Assembly (NCBI GenBank): GCA_937966555.1
Contig: CALCLY010000025.1
Location: 57,970 to 121,969 of the forward strand
Direction: 5' to 3'
Length of the DNA stretch: 64,000 nt
Source of the DNA: an uncultured Clostridia bacterium
Lineage (GTDB): Bacteria; Bacillota; Clostridia; UMGS1883; UMGS1540
Part shown: piece by piece, positions 17,210-26,642 of the stretch
How positions within the stretch are numbered: the stretch's first letter is position 1
Layout: every line of letters starts with the position of its first letter
Translations under genes and position numbers: made by a program
Notes under the pieces: generated by a model
Seen by the model: the letters and a program-made list of their open reading frames with translations, nothing else
The model's database searches: none
Told to the model about the DNA's origin: nothing

Positions 17210-20200
17210 CAGGAAGATTTGTGTGATTGGGAACATTAAAAAGAAGAAAACTAAATATAATATTTTAAGAAATGCGGTTTTGCATTCTGTTATATTCACA
17301 CTTGTAATTTTGTGCGCTTTTCTTTTTCTCAATGCTAAACTCGGAAAAGCGGTGCAGACAAGGGCATACAGACTTCTTTCAGACGCTGCGCATGTGCAGA
17401 AAGCCGCTACGAACGAGCGTGTTGAGTCGTACTTCACTCGTCTTCAAATAATGGCTTCGAGCCTTAACTGGGACTGTGATATATATACAGATTCGGATCT
17501 TTTGGCGCATCTTAAGGAACTTGCGCGGGGCAGTCAGTTTGAAAATGTCGGGATTTCGGATACAAGCGGTAAGATACTTTACCAAGACGGCACAAAGAAG
17601 GACTGCGCGGACAGAGAATATATTAAAAACGCAATTGAAGGAAACCGGAGCACGCAGTTTTTAACGCACGGCCGCATGAGCGGAGACTCGATTTTGGTCT
17701 TTGCTTTGCCGGTATATTCATACGGCGTGGTGTCGGACGTGATTGTTGCAACAAAAAAAGTAAGCGATATAAGCCGCGAACTCGGCGGTATAGAATTAAA
17801 TGACGAGCAGCATTGTTTCCTTTGTTATGAAAGCGGCACAGTTGTTGCCGCACCGCAGGACAATTCCACGGGAATAGTACTCGGGAGCAGTATACAGGAT
17901 TTCTTTATAAATGACAGTGCACCCGAAGAAATACCGATAAACGAAGTGCGTGAATACACTTATAACGGGGAAAAATATTTTGGTGTATATACTGAGTCCG
18001 GGCTTGATGATGTATATATATTCAGCGTGGCAACGGTTTCATACGCTTCCAGCCTCGCGGGTCTTTATAACAGGCTCGCAACAATGATTATTGTTGCGGC
18101 ATTTATTGTATTCTTTATTGTTGCCGTCAACGTAATAATCAGAATGGCGCGTAAAATCAAAGAAGCGGAGAGGCAGGATCTGGAAAGACGCAAAAAGCTT
18201 TCCGAGTATCATGAATTTCAAAATAAGCGTTCTTCAAGCCGGGCAAATGTTTTGGCATCATATCATATTAATATTACCGAGAACAAGTCTATCGGTGGAA
18301 AAAGCGCAATAAATGCGGGTAAATTCGAAAATCTCAAGACGGTAGATGAGTTTTATGCCGCTGTGGCTGAAGACATACATCCGCTTGATAAAATAAGATT
18401 TGATGAAATTTTTTCTGTGGACGAACTCAAAAAAGTATTTGAAAACGGAGAATCTACCGTGCAGGGCGATTTTCTGTTTTATGAAAACGGAAAGCGCTAT
18501 ATTTGGCTGAGAATTGTTGCAGATCTTGTCCGTAATCCGCTTAACGACAGCTTGGAGACGATTATTTCGGCTATAGATATAAACCGCGGCAAACGTCTTG
18601 AGCAAATAGGCGATAAGCTCATAAAAGACGGATTTGACTCTATAGGGCTTATAGATGTTAAATCCGGCTGCGTTTATGGAACCAAAAAAATGGCAGCCTC
18701 AGAGCTGTTTGGCGGTTTTGTGGTAGACAAAGGCGTTTCGTATGACAGGGCAGCAAGAATTGTACTTAAAAGGGTGCTCGCAAAGCATGATTATGATTAC
18801 ATAATTGAAAGTTTTAAGCTTTCAAATGTAATTCATGAGCTTGAAAATAAACAGTTTTATTTTCTGACAACAAGATTTTATAATCGCAGTGCGAAAAAAG
18901 ATTTGCAGTACAGAATAAGTTTTTCGTATATTGATGAAAGAAAAGAGAGCATATTGGTCTCAAACGAAGATATTTCACATGTTTTGGCAAGTAAGACCGA
19001 TATTGAAACAGGGCTTTTGAATTCTACCGGATTTCATGAAAAGGTCGAAAAATGGCTTGAGGAGAATCCGAATAAAAAGTATAGAGTTTACAGGTACATT
19101 CTTGACGGCTTTAATGATATTAACGGCGTTTACGGCTTTGAAACAGGTAACAAGATTTTGCGCGATGTCGGCGTTTTCATGCGTATGCATAATGATGAGA
19201 ACAGCTTTTCGGCGCATCTTAATGCAAATCATTTTGTGCGTTTTTGTTCCGAAGATCATAACTCCGCCGAGACGGTGCTGAAAGAATTTAACGAATATTT
19301 CTCACATTACGATATTGACTATCCGCTTTCAATTCACATAGGCGTTTATGACCTTTGCGAAGAAAATTGTGATTCTCTTGCAATGGTGTATAAAGCATAT
19401 ATTGCTCTGCAGTCATTGGAAACAAGCGCTTCAAAGCGCATTGCATATTATGCTCCGGGGCTTTTAAGCAATGTGCAGAGCCGCAGGGAGCTTCTCGGCG
19501 AACTTAAAAGCGCAATTTCCGGCGGACAGTTTGAAATATGGTTCCAGCCGCAAATAGATTATAAAACAAAATCCATAGTCGGAGCAGAGGCACTGGTGCG
19601 CTGGAGACACCCCGAAAGAGGTTTTATACCGCCTTCGGAGTTTATTCCGCTGCTTGAGCGCAGCAGGCAGATAACGGTGCTTGACAGATACGTTTGGGAG
19701 CAGTGCTGCCGCTATGTACGGCATTTGATGGATATGGGAGTTACTTTGCCGGTATCCGTAAATGTTTCGCGCGTAGATATTGAGGATATAAAAGTTTGCG
19801 ATATTATTCTGGAATATGTAAAAAAATATAAAATATCTCCCGAGCTTATTAAGCTTGAAATTACAGAAAGCGCGTATATGAGCAGAAGAGATGAGCTGAA
19901 AAACGTTGTTACGCAGTTTAAAAAAGCAGGCTTTACGGTTGAAATGGACGATTTCGGAGAGGGCTATTCTTCACTTAATATTCTGAAAGACAGTGATGTT
20001 GACGTATTAAAACTCGATATGAATTTAACCGCCGGAATAGAAGACGCAAAGACGGTGGAAATTCTGAAAAGCGTTGTTAATATGGCGCATAATCTTAATG
20101 TTTTTGTTATTGCCGAGGGTGTGGAAAGCAAAGCGCAGGCAGATACTCTGGCAAGTCTGAAATGCCGATATATGCAGGGATACTTTTTCGGAAAGCCTAT

Positions 20201-20258
20201 GCCGGCTGCGGAATTTGAAAAGCTTTTAAAGGAAAGGGATATAAAGTCGATTCAATAA
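17145..20258 (+). CDS. Membrane-anchored c-di-GMP phosphodiesterase: periplasmic Cache-like sensor, TM, degenerate GGDEF domain, C-terminal EAL domain
   Basis: EAL motifs: QPQID...GAEALVRW, ELIKLEITESAY, the DDFGEGYSSL loop and EGVE. The middle GGDEF-like region lacks GG(D/E)EF. Two TM helices flank a ~250 aa extracytoplasmic domain. The start (17145, 17163 or 17223) is ambiguous and overlaps the upstream gene. Confidence 0.8.
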   Translation: MQIWLYMKPKIQKTPIKYLQDDRKICVIGNIKKKKTKYNILRNAVLHSVIFTLVILCAFLFLNAKLGKAVQTRAYRLLSDAAHVQKAATNERVESYFTRLQIMASSLNWDCDIYTDSDLLAHLKELARGSQFENVGISDTSGKILYQDGTKKDCADREYIKNAIEGNRSTQFLTHGRMSGDSILVFALPVYSYGVVSDVIVATKKVSDISRELGGIELNDEQHCFLCYESGTVVAAPQDNSTGIVLGSSIQDFFINDSAPEEIPINEVREYTYNGEKYFGVYTESGLDDVYIFSVATVSYASSLAGLYNRLATMIIVAAFIVFFIVAVNVIIRMARKIKEAERQDLERRKKLSEYHEFQNKRSSSRANVLASYHINITENKSIGGKSAINAGKFENLKTVDEFYAAVAEDIHPLDKIRFDEIFSVDELKKVFENGESTVQGDFLFYENGKRYIWLRIVADLVRNPLNDSLETIISAIDINRGKRLEQIGDKLIKDGFDSIGLIDVKSGCVYGTKKMAASELFGGFVVDKGVSYDRAARIVLKRVLAKHDYDYIIESFKLSNVIHELENKQFYFLTTRFYNRSAKKDLQYRISFSYIDERKESILVSNEDISHVLASKTDIETGLLNSTGFHEKVEKWLEENPNKKYRVYRYILDGFNDINGVYGFETGNKILRDVGVFMRMHNDENSFSAHLNANHFVRFCSEDHNSAETVLKEFNEYFSHYDIDYPLSIHIGVYDLCEENCDSLAMVYKAYIALQSLETSASKRIAYYAPGLLSNVQSRRELLGELKSAISGGQFEIWFQPQIDYKTKSIVGAEALVRWRHPERGFIPPSEFIPLLERSRQITVLDRYVWEQCCRYVRHLMDMGVTLPVSVNVSRVDIEDIKVCDIILEYVKKYKISPELIKLEITESAYMSRRDELKNVVTQFKKAGFTVEMDDFGEGYSSLNILKDSDVDVLKLDMNLTAGIEDAKTVEILKSVVNMAHNLNVFVIAEGVESKAQADTLASLKCRYMQGYFFGKPMPAAEFEKLLKERDIKSIQ

Positions 20259-20513
20259 AAGTAAAAGGGGATGTTAAAAAGCTCCGGAACGCAAGAAAAG
20301 GGGAAAATCAAATATCACGGAATATGCAAATGATGCAGTTAGATTTAATTAGAGGCAGAAAAATCAAAAAAATGATTTTTCAAAAAATATACCTTTTCTT
20401 GCTATCAGCAAACTTCACCTCTCGACGTACCTATGTACGCCTTCGGGTAACCCAAAACAAAAGTTTTGGCTCAGTTTGCCGATTCCAAAGCTTTTTTCCT
20501 ATCCCCTTGAAAA

Positions 20514-20545
20514 AATGGGCTTTTTAAAAAGCCCCGATTTTATAA
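20514..20545 (-). terminator. Terminator for the RpiR gene (GGGCTTTTTAAAAAGCCC palindrome followed by ATTTTTTC on the minus strand)
   Basis: Palindrome read directly, with a U-tract on the minus strand. Confidence 0.6.
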
Positions 20546-20558
20546 ATCTTTTCTGCTA

Positions 20559-21395
20559 TTAATATTTCTTTGTTTTTAAAGCATTTTCAACGTTATTTAT
20601 TGCGCGCGCCGCATCTTCGCCCATGTGATTTACAATGTAGGCATAAATTGAATCTATTATAGCAAGCGCCGCAATACGTGAGTTAAGCCCCAAAATTGAA
20701 TACTGTGTTTCTTTTGAAGACGTATAAAGCGAAATATCCGAAGCTTTAACAATTGGAGATTTGCCGTGATTGGTTATCGAAATTGTGAAAGCTTCGTTTT
20801 TTTTGGCAATTTGCAGAGCTTCAACAATATCGCGCGAAGAACCCGAGTGGGATATTCCCAAAGCCACATCGCCTTTTTTCATGTGAGACGCGGCAATTGC
20901 CTGCATGTGGTTGTCGCAGTATGCAAACGCGCTGCACCCCGCGCGCATGAATTTGTGCGCGGCATCAAGCGCCACGGCGGAGGAATTACCGAGCCCGAAT
21001 ATGTAGACGGCTCCGGCTGTGAGTATTTTTTGCGCCGCAAGCTCAAGTGTTTTGGAATTTAAGCTGCTTTTGGTCATTTCGAGGGAGCGGTATATATCAT
21101 CGGAAAGCTTTTCAAATATTTCAAAACAGCTGTCTGTCGGCAATATATCGGGGTTTGTAAGATTTTGACCGCTTTCCTGTGCAACCGAGATTTTGAGTGC
21201 CTGGTATCCCGAAAAGCCGAGGCGGCGTGCAAAACGGACTATTGTGGCTTCGGAGCTTTCCGCTGCATCGGCAAGCTCGGTTATGGACAGGGGAATAATT
21301 GCCTGTGGGTTGGCGAGAATAAAATCCGCTATTTTTTTTTCCGATTTCCCCATTTTTTCATATTTTATTTGTATGTTTAATATTGTTTTGTTCAT
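20559..21395 (-). CDS. RpiR/MurR family transcriptional regulator (HTH + SIS domain)
   Basis: N-terminal HTH_6 (ITELADAAESSEATIVRFARRLGFSGYQAL) and a C-terminal SIS phosphosugar-binding domain. 278 aa. Divergent from the sugar catabolic operon. Confidence 0.8.
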   Translation of the reverse strand: MNKTILNIQIKYEKMGKSEKKIADFILANPQAIIPLSITELADAAESSEATIVRFARRLGFSGYQALKISVAQESGQNLTNPDILPTDSCFEIFEKLSDDIYRSLEMTKSSLNSKTLELAAQKILTAGAVYIFGLGNSSAVALDAAHKFMRAGCSAFAYCDNHMQAIAASHMKKGDVALGISHSGSSRDIVEALQIAKKNEAFTISITNHGKSPIVKASDISLYTSSKETQYSILGLNSRIAALAIIDSIYAYIVNHMGEDAARAINNVENALKTKKY

Positions 21396-21591
21396 ATAAT
21401 TTCTTCACTTTCGGTTATTGATTTAAGAGCGTTTTAAATGTTTTTTTCACTATATATATTTTATATCAAAAAAAATATCCTGTCAATGAAAAAATTTTTT
21501 AAAAACACTTGAAATTTCTTTTTATTTGTGCTATAATTTTTTTGAAAAAAGAGCTTAAAAACGAAAAATATTTTCAGAATGGAGAGGTTTT

Positions 21592-23013
21592 ATGAACGAT
21601 TTACTGTTTACTCTGATATTAACAGAGCTTGAAGATGCAGTCGGAAAAGAAAATTGTTCGACAAAAGAGATTGATAAAATAACTCACAGTGTCGACTATT
21701 TCTGGCTTTCGAGAATGTGGGCCGACAGGGGGCTCAGAATGCCCGAAGCGGCGGCTGTTGTTTCGCCGAAAAATGCCAAAGAGGTAAGCGCGGTACTTAA
21801 AATTGCAAATTATTACAAGATCCCCGTGACGACATGGGGCGGCGGCGGCGGCACCCAGGGAGGGGCGCTTCCCGTGGCAGGCGGCATTGTTCTCGATACG
21901 AAGAGAATGAATGAGATTTATGACATAAATGAAAAATCAATGTACATAGAGTGCGGAACCGGCGCTATATATAAGCACCTCGAATGGGCGGCAAACGAGA
22001 GGGGATATGCCACAATGCATTACCCGAGTTCTTTGACATGCTCCACCGTCGGCGGATTTTTGGCACACCGCGGCATAGGCGTTGTTTCCACAAAATACGG
22101 AAAAATTGACGATATGGTGCTCGGCATGGAGGTTGTTTTGCCAAACGGCGATATTATTGAAACGTCTCCGGCGCCGAAACATGCGGCAGGTCCCGATTTA
22201 AATCAGATTTTTATAGGCTCTGAGGGAACTCTGGGCATTATGACAAAGGCACAGATGCGTATTTACGATATGCCCGAGGAGAGACGCTTCCGCGGTTTCC
22301 TGTTCCAGAATATGGACGACGCTTTTTGCGGCGCACGTGAGCTTTTGCAGAAATTCAAACCGTCCGTTATGAGGCTTTACGATGAAGCGGAAACGGCAAC
22401 GCTTATCAAAAAAATAGTCGGGGTAGAGAAAAAGGGCGCGTTTATGAACGTTGCGATAGAAGGTGTTTCAGAGCTTGTTGAAGTTGAAGAAAAGATTCTT
22501 CTCGATACGTTTGTAAATAAATATCATGCGGAGGATTTGGGCTCCGAGTACGGTGAAAAATGGTGGAAGGAGAAAATAACGTTCTTCTATCCGGGGCACA
22601 TGATGGATGTTCCGCAGATGTTCGGAACAATGGATACCATAGCTCCGTATGACAAAATCGAAAAAATATACTGGGAGATGAAAAAAGCAATAGAAACAAA
22701 TTTCCCCATGGCAAGGTTTATTGCGCATTTTTCGCACTGGTACGAATGGGGCTGCATGATTTACGACAGATTTATCGTAGACGATGTTCCGAAAGATCCG
22801 CATGACGCACTCCGTCTTCACCAGGAAATATGGACGTGCGGCGTAAGAACGGCACTCCAAAACGGCGGTGTTGTAAACGATCATCACGGAGTCGGCATTA
22901 AGCTCGGCAGACTTATGAAAGAACAGTACGGCCCTGCAATGCAGGTGTTTGAAGGACTTAAAAAACAGCTTGATCCTAACGGAATTATGAATCCGTACAA
23001 GCTGGGATTATAA
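21592..23013 (+). CDS. FAD-linked oxidase (PCMH-type FAD binding, GlcD / D-lactate dehydrogenase-like)
   Basis: 473 aa with an FAD-binding region (PVTTWGGGGGTQGGALPVAGGIVLDTKRMNEI) and a C-terminal oxidase domain. Confidence 0.7.
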   Translation: MNDLLFTLILTELEDAVGKENCSTKEIDKITHSVDYFWLSRMWADRGLRMPEAAAVVSPKNAKEVSAVLKIANYYKIPVTTWGGGGGTQGGALPVAGGIVLDTKRMNEIYDINEKSMYIECGTGAIYKHLEWAANERGYATMHYPSSLTCSTVGGFLAHRGIGVVSTKYGKIDDMVLGMEVVLPNGDIIETSPAPKHAAGPDLNQIFIGSEGTLGIMTKAQMRIYDMPEERRFRGFLFQNMDDAFCGARELLQKFKPSVMRLYDEAETATLIKKIVGVEKKGAFMNVAIEGVSELVEVEEKILLDTFVNKYHAEDLGSEYGEKWWKEKITFFYPGHMMDVPQMFGTMDTIAPYDKIEKIYWEMKKAIETNFPMARFIAHFSHWYEWGCMIYDRFIVDDVPKDPHDALRLHQEIWTCGVRTALQNGGVVNDHHGVGIKLGRLMKEQYGPAMQVFEGLKKQLDPNGIMNPYKLGL

Positions 23014-23023
23014 GGAGGGTATT

Positions 23024-24109
23024 ATGCATTTTTCGGAATCAGCTAAAAAGAATATAGACTCATGCCGTTTCTGCTGGATGTGCAGACATATTTGCCCCAT
23101 CGGAAACGTAACGGGACAGGAGAGAAATACGGCAAGAGCAAGAGCGCTGTCGCTTTCCATGGTGGCGCGCGGCTCGGCAGATTTTTCGGAGGATATTATA
23201 GATAACGTTTATCAGTGCGCATTGTGCAGAGCCTGCACAAATGACTGCGCAACAGGCTACGACCCGGTTGTATACACAAAAGAAGCAAGACTCATGGCGG
23301 CTTTGGAGGGTAAAATGCCCGAGTATGCCGAGAGACTTCTTTTAAATATTGAAAAAACGGGCAATGTGTACGGCGAAAAGAAAATTGACGAAGAGCTTAT
23401 GGCGGAAATCAGCCCGGGAGGAGAAAAGAGCGATACGCTTTTCTATCTGGGTACGGATGCAATTTACAAAACGCCAAAAAACGCAATTGCCGCAATACGC
23501 GTTTTGAGAAAAGCAGGAATTAAATTTGAGCTTCTTAAAGATGAACCCGAAAGCGGTTATGCCGAAGATTTTCTTTTCGGTGCGGCGGACGAAACGAAGA
23601 AAGCGATGAAAAAATGCGCAAAGGCTTTAAACGAATATAAAACCGTAATCGTTTATAACCCCGACGATGCAAAAGAATTTTTAAGAGAATATAAGGAATG
23701 GGGAACAGACCTTTCCGCAAATATCAGAACTTTTGTTTCCGTATTGGCGGAAAGCGTTAAAAACGGCAGCCTTAAAGCGGAAAAAGGCGAAAAGACGTTT
23801 ACGCCTCAGGACACGCCGTCGCTTTCGAGAGAGCTTGAGGATTCGGAAAGTCTGAGAGACGTGCTTTCTGCATTCGGAGAAATAAAAGAAATGCTTCTTA
23901 TAAAGAAAGACACCGTGCTTTGCGCAAATCTTATTATGAACGAATATATGCCGGGCGTTATGAAAGCCGTTGCGGAAAAAAGATGGGCGGACGCGCTGCA
24001 TGTGGGCGCAAAAACGGTTGTGACTTCGTCACCTGCCGAATATTTCATGCTCCAAAGCACAAAGCCCGAGGGAATAGAGCTCCTGAGCATAGAGGAGGTA
24101 GTTTTGTAA
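23024..24109 (+). CDS. Fe-S oxidoreductase with 4Fe-4S motifs and CCG-like domain (GlcF/LutA-like partner of the FAD oxidase)
   Basis: Two Cys clusters (CRFCWMCRHICP; CALCRACTNDC) followed by a Cys-poor C-terminal domain. Directly downstream of the oxidase. Confidence 0.6.
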   Translation: MHFSESAKKNIDSCRFCWMCRHICPIGNVTGQERNTARARALSLSMVARGSADFSEDIIDNVYQCALCRACTNDCATGYDPVVYTKEARLMAALEGKMPEYAERLLLNIEKTGNVYGEKKIDEELMAEISPGGEKSDTLFYLGTDAIYKTPKNAIAAIRVLRKAGIKFELLKDEPESGYAEDFLFGAADETKKAMKKCAKALNEYKTVIVYNPDDAKEFLREYKEWGTDLSANIRTFVSVLAESVKNGSLKAEKGEKTFTPQDTPSLSRELEDSESLRDVLSAFGEIKEMLLIKKDTVLCANLIMNEYMPGVMKAVAEKRWADALHVGAKTVVTSSPAEYFMLQSTKPEGIELLSIEEVVL

Positions 24110-24936
24110 TGCTTTTAAATTTAAAACAATTACTTGATTATACAAACGGGAAGGAATTTGCCGTTCCCGCGTTTAATGTATATAATATGGAAACGGTTAT
24201 GGGTATAATGGCTGCGGCGGAAGAAACAAACGCGCCCGTTATAATCCAGTGTTACTCGCGTCTTTTCACAAACGGCGAGGGAGCATATGTTGCACCTTTG
24301 GCGGTTGCGGCGGCTGAAATGGCACACACACCCGTTTGTTTCCATCTGGACCACGGCGCGGGCGAAGCGGAAGTTATGAAAGCTTTGCGCGGCGGAGCAA
24401 CGGGAATTATGATAGACGGTTCCGCATACAGCTTTGAGGAAAATGTGGCGCTTACAAAGCGCGTAAGAAAACTCTGCGATGCACTCGGCGTGCCGGTTGA
24501 GGCGGAACTCGGACATGTGGGGACGGTAAATGATGAGCATATGGCAGATTTTACTGAAGTTTCCGACGCTGTAAAGTTCGTTCAGGAAACGGGCGTGGCA
24601 TCTCTTGCCGTTATGGTCGGTACGGCTCACGGCAGATACAAAAAAGCGCCGCGGCTTGACATGCAGCGCATTCGCGACATAAGCCGCGAGACAGGTATTC
24701 CGATAGTGCTGCACGGTGGAAGCGGCGTGCCGGACGATCAGATAAAAGAGGCAATAAAGTGCGGCATAAGAAAAGTAAATTTTGGAACGGACGTATGCTA
24801 TTCGTTCCTTGACAAGGTTTTTGAAACATCGCGCGACAAAGTGGCGATAGATATGTTTATGAAAGACGCGGTTCAAAACGTAAAGAATTTTGCCGTAAAC
24901 AAAATAAAGCTTTTGGGAGCTGACAATAAAGCATGA
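24109..24936 (+). CDS. Class II ketose-bisphosphate aldolase (FBA_II family; tagatose-/fructose-1,6-bisphosphate aldolase-like). Start at the TAATG overlap at 24109, not the track start at 23920
   Basis: Motifs PVIIQ, HLDHGAG, the GGATGIMIDGS region and the HGGSG loop of class II aldolases. RBS AGGAGG at 24092-24097. Confidence 0.75.
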   Translation: MLLNLKQLLDYTNGKEFAVPAFNVYNMETVMGIMAAAEETNAPVIIQCYSRLFTNGEGAYVAPLAVAAAEMAHTPVCFHLDHGAGEAEVMKALRGGATGIMIDGSAYSFEENVALTKRVRKLCDALGVPVEAELGHVGTVNDEHMADFTEVSDAVKFVQETGVASLAVMVGTAHGRYKKAPRLDMQRIRDISRETGIPIVLHGGSGVPDDQIKEAIKCGIRKVNFGTDVCYSFLDKVFETSRDKVAIDMFMKDAVQNVKNFAVNKIKLLGADNKA

Positions 24937-25865
24937 TAAAAATAGTGGGAATAGGTGCAAATGTACATGATACTTTAATATCCGTGCCGCATTTCCCGAA
25001 AGAGGACACAAAATCAAAGTGCACTTTTGTAACGGAAAGTGGCGGAGGGCCCTGTGCAACGGGTCTTGTTGCGGCATCAAAACTCGGCGCGGAGTGTGCG
25101 TATATAGGCGCGCTGGCAGATGATGCCGGCGGAAAGTTTCTGCTTTCCGATATGATAAAATTCGGAGTTTCGGCAGAATACACGGTTTTGCAAAAAAACG
25201 CTTCGTCCTTTGCCTCATATATTCTTTTAAACACCGGGAACGCGACAAGAACATGCGTTTTTAACAAAGATAATCTGCCGATTTTTGAAATTGACGAAAA
25301 TGCAAAAAAAGCCATTGAGGCGGCAGAGGTTCTGATGGTGGACGGAAATGAGCTTGAAAACGCCGTAAAAGGCGCAAAAATTGCGCGCGGTGCCAAAACG
25401 AAAGTGCTTTATGACGCGGGCGGAATTTATGAAGACGTTGAAAAGCTTTTGAGACTTACCGACATACTTATTCCGTCCGAAGAATTTTCACTGGAATTTA
25501 CGGGAAAGAAAACTGCCGAAGATGCGGCACATGCGCTTTTTGAGATGTTCTCGTCCGAGGTTGTTGTAATAACGCAGGGCAAAGAAGGCGGAATAATTCT
25601 GCAAAACGGTGAAATACGGCGCTATCCATCATTTAAAGTAAATGCCGTGGATTCAAACGGCGCCGGAGACGTATTTCACGGTGCATTTGCATACGGTGTA
25701 ACAAAAGGCTTTTCATATTATGACTGCTGCGTTTTTGCAAGTGCGGTTTCGGCGCTTAAGTGCACTGCAGTAGGTGCGCGCGCGGCGGTTCCCTCATATA
25801 ACGATACAATTAACTTTTTAAAGGAGTGCGGACATGATGAATTTAAAGAAAACATGGAACGGTAA
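24933..25865 (+). CDS. PfkB-family carbohydrate kinase (ribokinase fold; KdgK/tagatose-6-P kinase-like)
   Basis: C-terminal NGAGDVFHGAF motif of PfkB kinases. 310 aa. ATGA overlap with the aldolase. Confidence 0.75.
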   Translation: MIKIVGIGANVHDTLISVPHFPKEDTKSKCTFVTESGGGPCATGLVAASKLGAECAYIGALADDAGGKFLLSDMIKFGVSAEYTVLQKNASSFASYILLNTGNATRTCVFNKDNLPIFEIDENAKKAIEAAEVLMVDGNELENAVKGAKIARGAKTKVLYDAGGIYEDVEKLLRLTDILIPSEEFSLEFTGKKTAEDAAHALFEMFSSEVVVITQGKEGGIILQNGEIRRYPSFKVNAVDSNGAGDVFHGAFAYGVTKGFSYYDCCVFASAVSALKCTAVGARAAVPSYNDTINFLKECGHDEFKENMER

Positions 25866-26625
25866 GTATGGAAAAAGCGAAATTATAACGCGGAAAAACA
25901 GTACGATGGAGCGCGTTGAAATCAATGCCCTAAAGCTTCACGACGGCGAAACAAAAAAATACAGCGAGTGCGGCAAGGAGTACGGCATAACGATTTTGGG
26001 CGGAAAATGCTCCGTTGAGGGAGACGGATTTTCGTTTGAAAAAATCGGAAAGAGAAAAAACGTGTTTGACGGCACGGCAACCTGCGTATATATTCCGCGC
26101 AACAAGGAGTTTACAATAAAGGGCGAAGGAGAAGTTTCGATGATTGTGGCAAAATGCCCGTCGGAAAAAGACTGTGCTCCGCGCCTTATAAGCCCGGATG
26201 ACATTATAGTAAAATCTTTGGGCAAGCCCGGCTGGCAGCGTGACGCGCACTTTGTTCTCGATGAAAGATGCGATGCGGATATGATTTACATAGGAGAGGC
26301 ATATGTTGAAGGCGGTCAGTGGTCGAGCTTTCCTCCTCATAAGCATGACGATGACAACATGCCCACCGAGGCAGACACGGAAGAGGTTTATTACTATGAA
26401 TTCGATAAGCCGGAGGGTTTTGGTATTCAAATGATCTATTCAAAAGAGGGCGATGTTGACGAGACGATAAAGGTTAAAACAGGTGATTTTGCGGAAATTC
26501 ACAGAGGATATCATCCGCTTGCAACGGCGCCCGGATACAAGTGCTACTATTACTGGGTTATGGCAGGGAAAAACAGAGGATTTTTCATGACAACTGACGA
26601 AGAGCATGCATGGCTCAATAAATAA
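25834..26625 (+). CDS. KduI/IolB-family sugar isomerase (cupin; 5-dehydro-4-deoxyglucuronate / 5-deoxyglucuronate isomerase-like)
   Basis: ~263 aa with a beta-rich sequence and a PPHKHDDD metal-binding-like motif. The family assignment is from memory of KduI/IolB and is uncertain. Confidence 0.45.
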   Translation: MMNLKKTWNGKYGKSEIITRKNSTMERVEINALKLHDGETKKYSECGKEYGITILGGKCSVEGDGFSFEKIGKRKNVFDGTATCVYIPRNKEFTIKGEGEVSMIVAKCPSEKDCAPRLISPDDIIVKSLGKPGWQRDAHFVLDERCDADMIYIGEAYVEGGQWSSFPPHKHDDDNMPTEADTEEVYYYEFDKPEGFGIQMIYSKEGDVDETIKVKTGDFAEIHRGYHPLATAPGYKCYYYWVMAGKNRGFFMTTDEEHAWLNK

Positions 26626-26642
26626 ATTATCGGAGAGCAGCT

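Noticed and set aside
20324-20527. 67 aa ORF in the convergent spacer after the EAL gene
   Set aside because: Low-complexity sequence spanning several hairpins and a terminator. The RBS is poorly placed. More likely non-coding.
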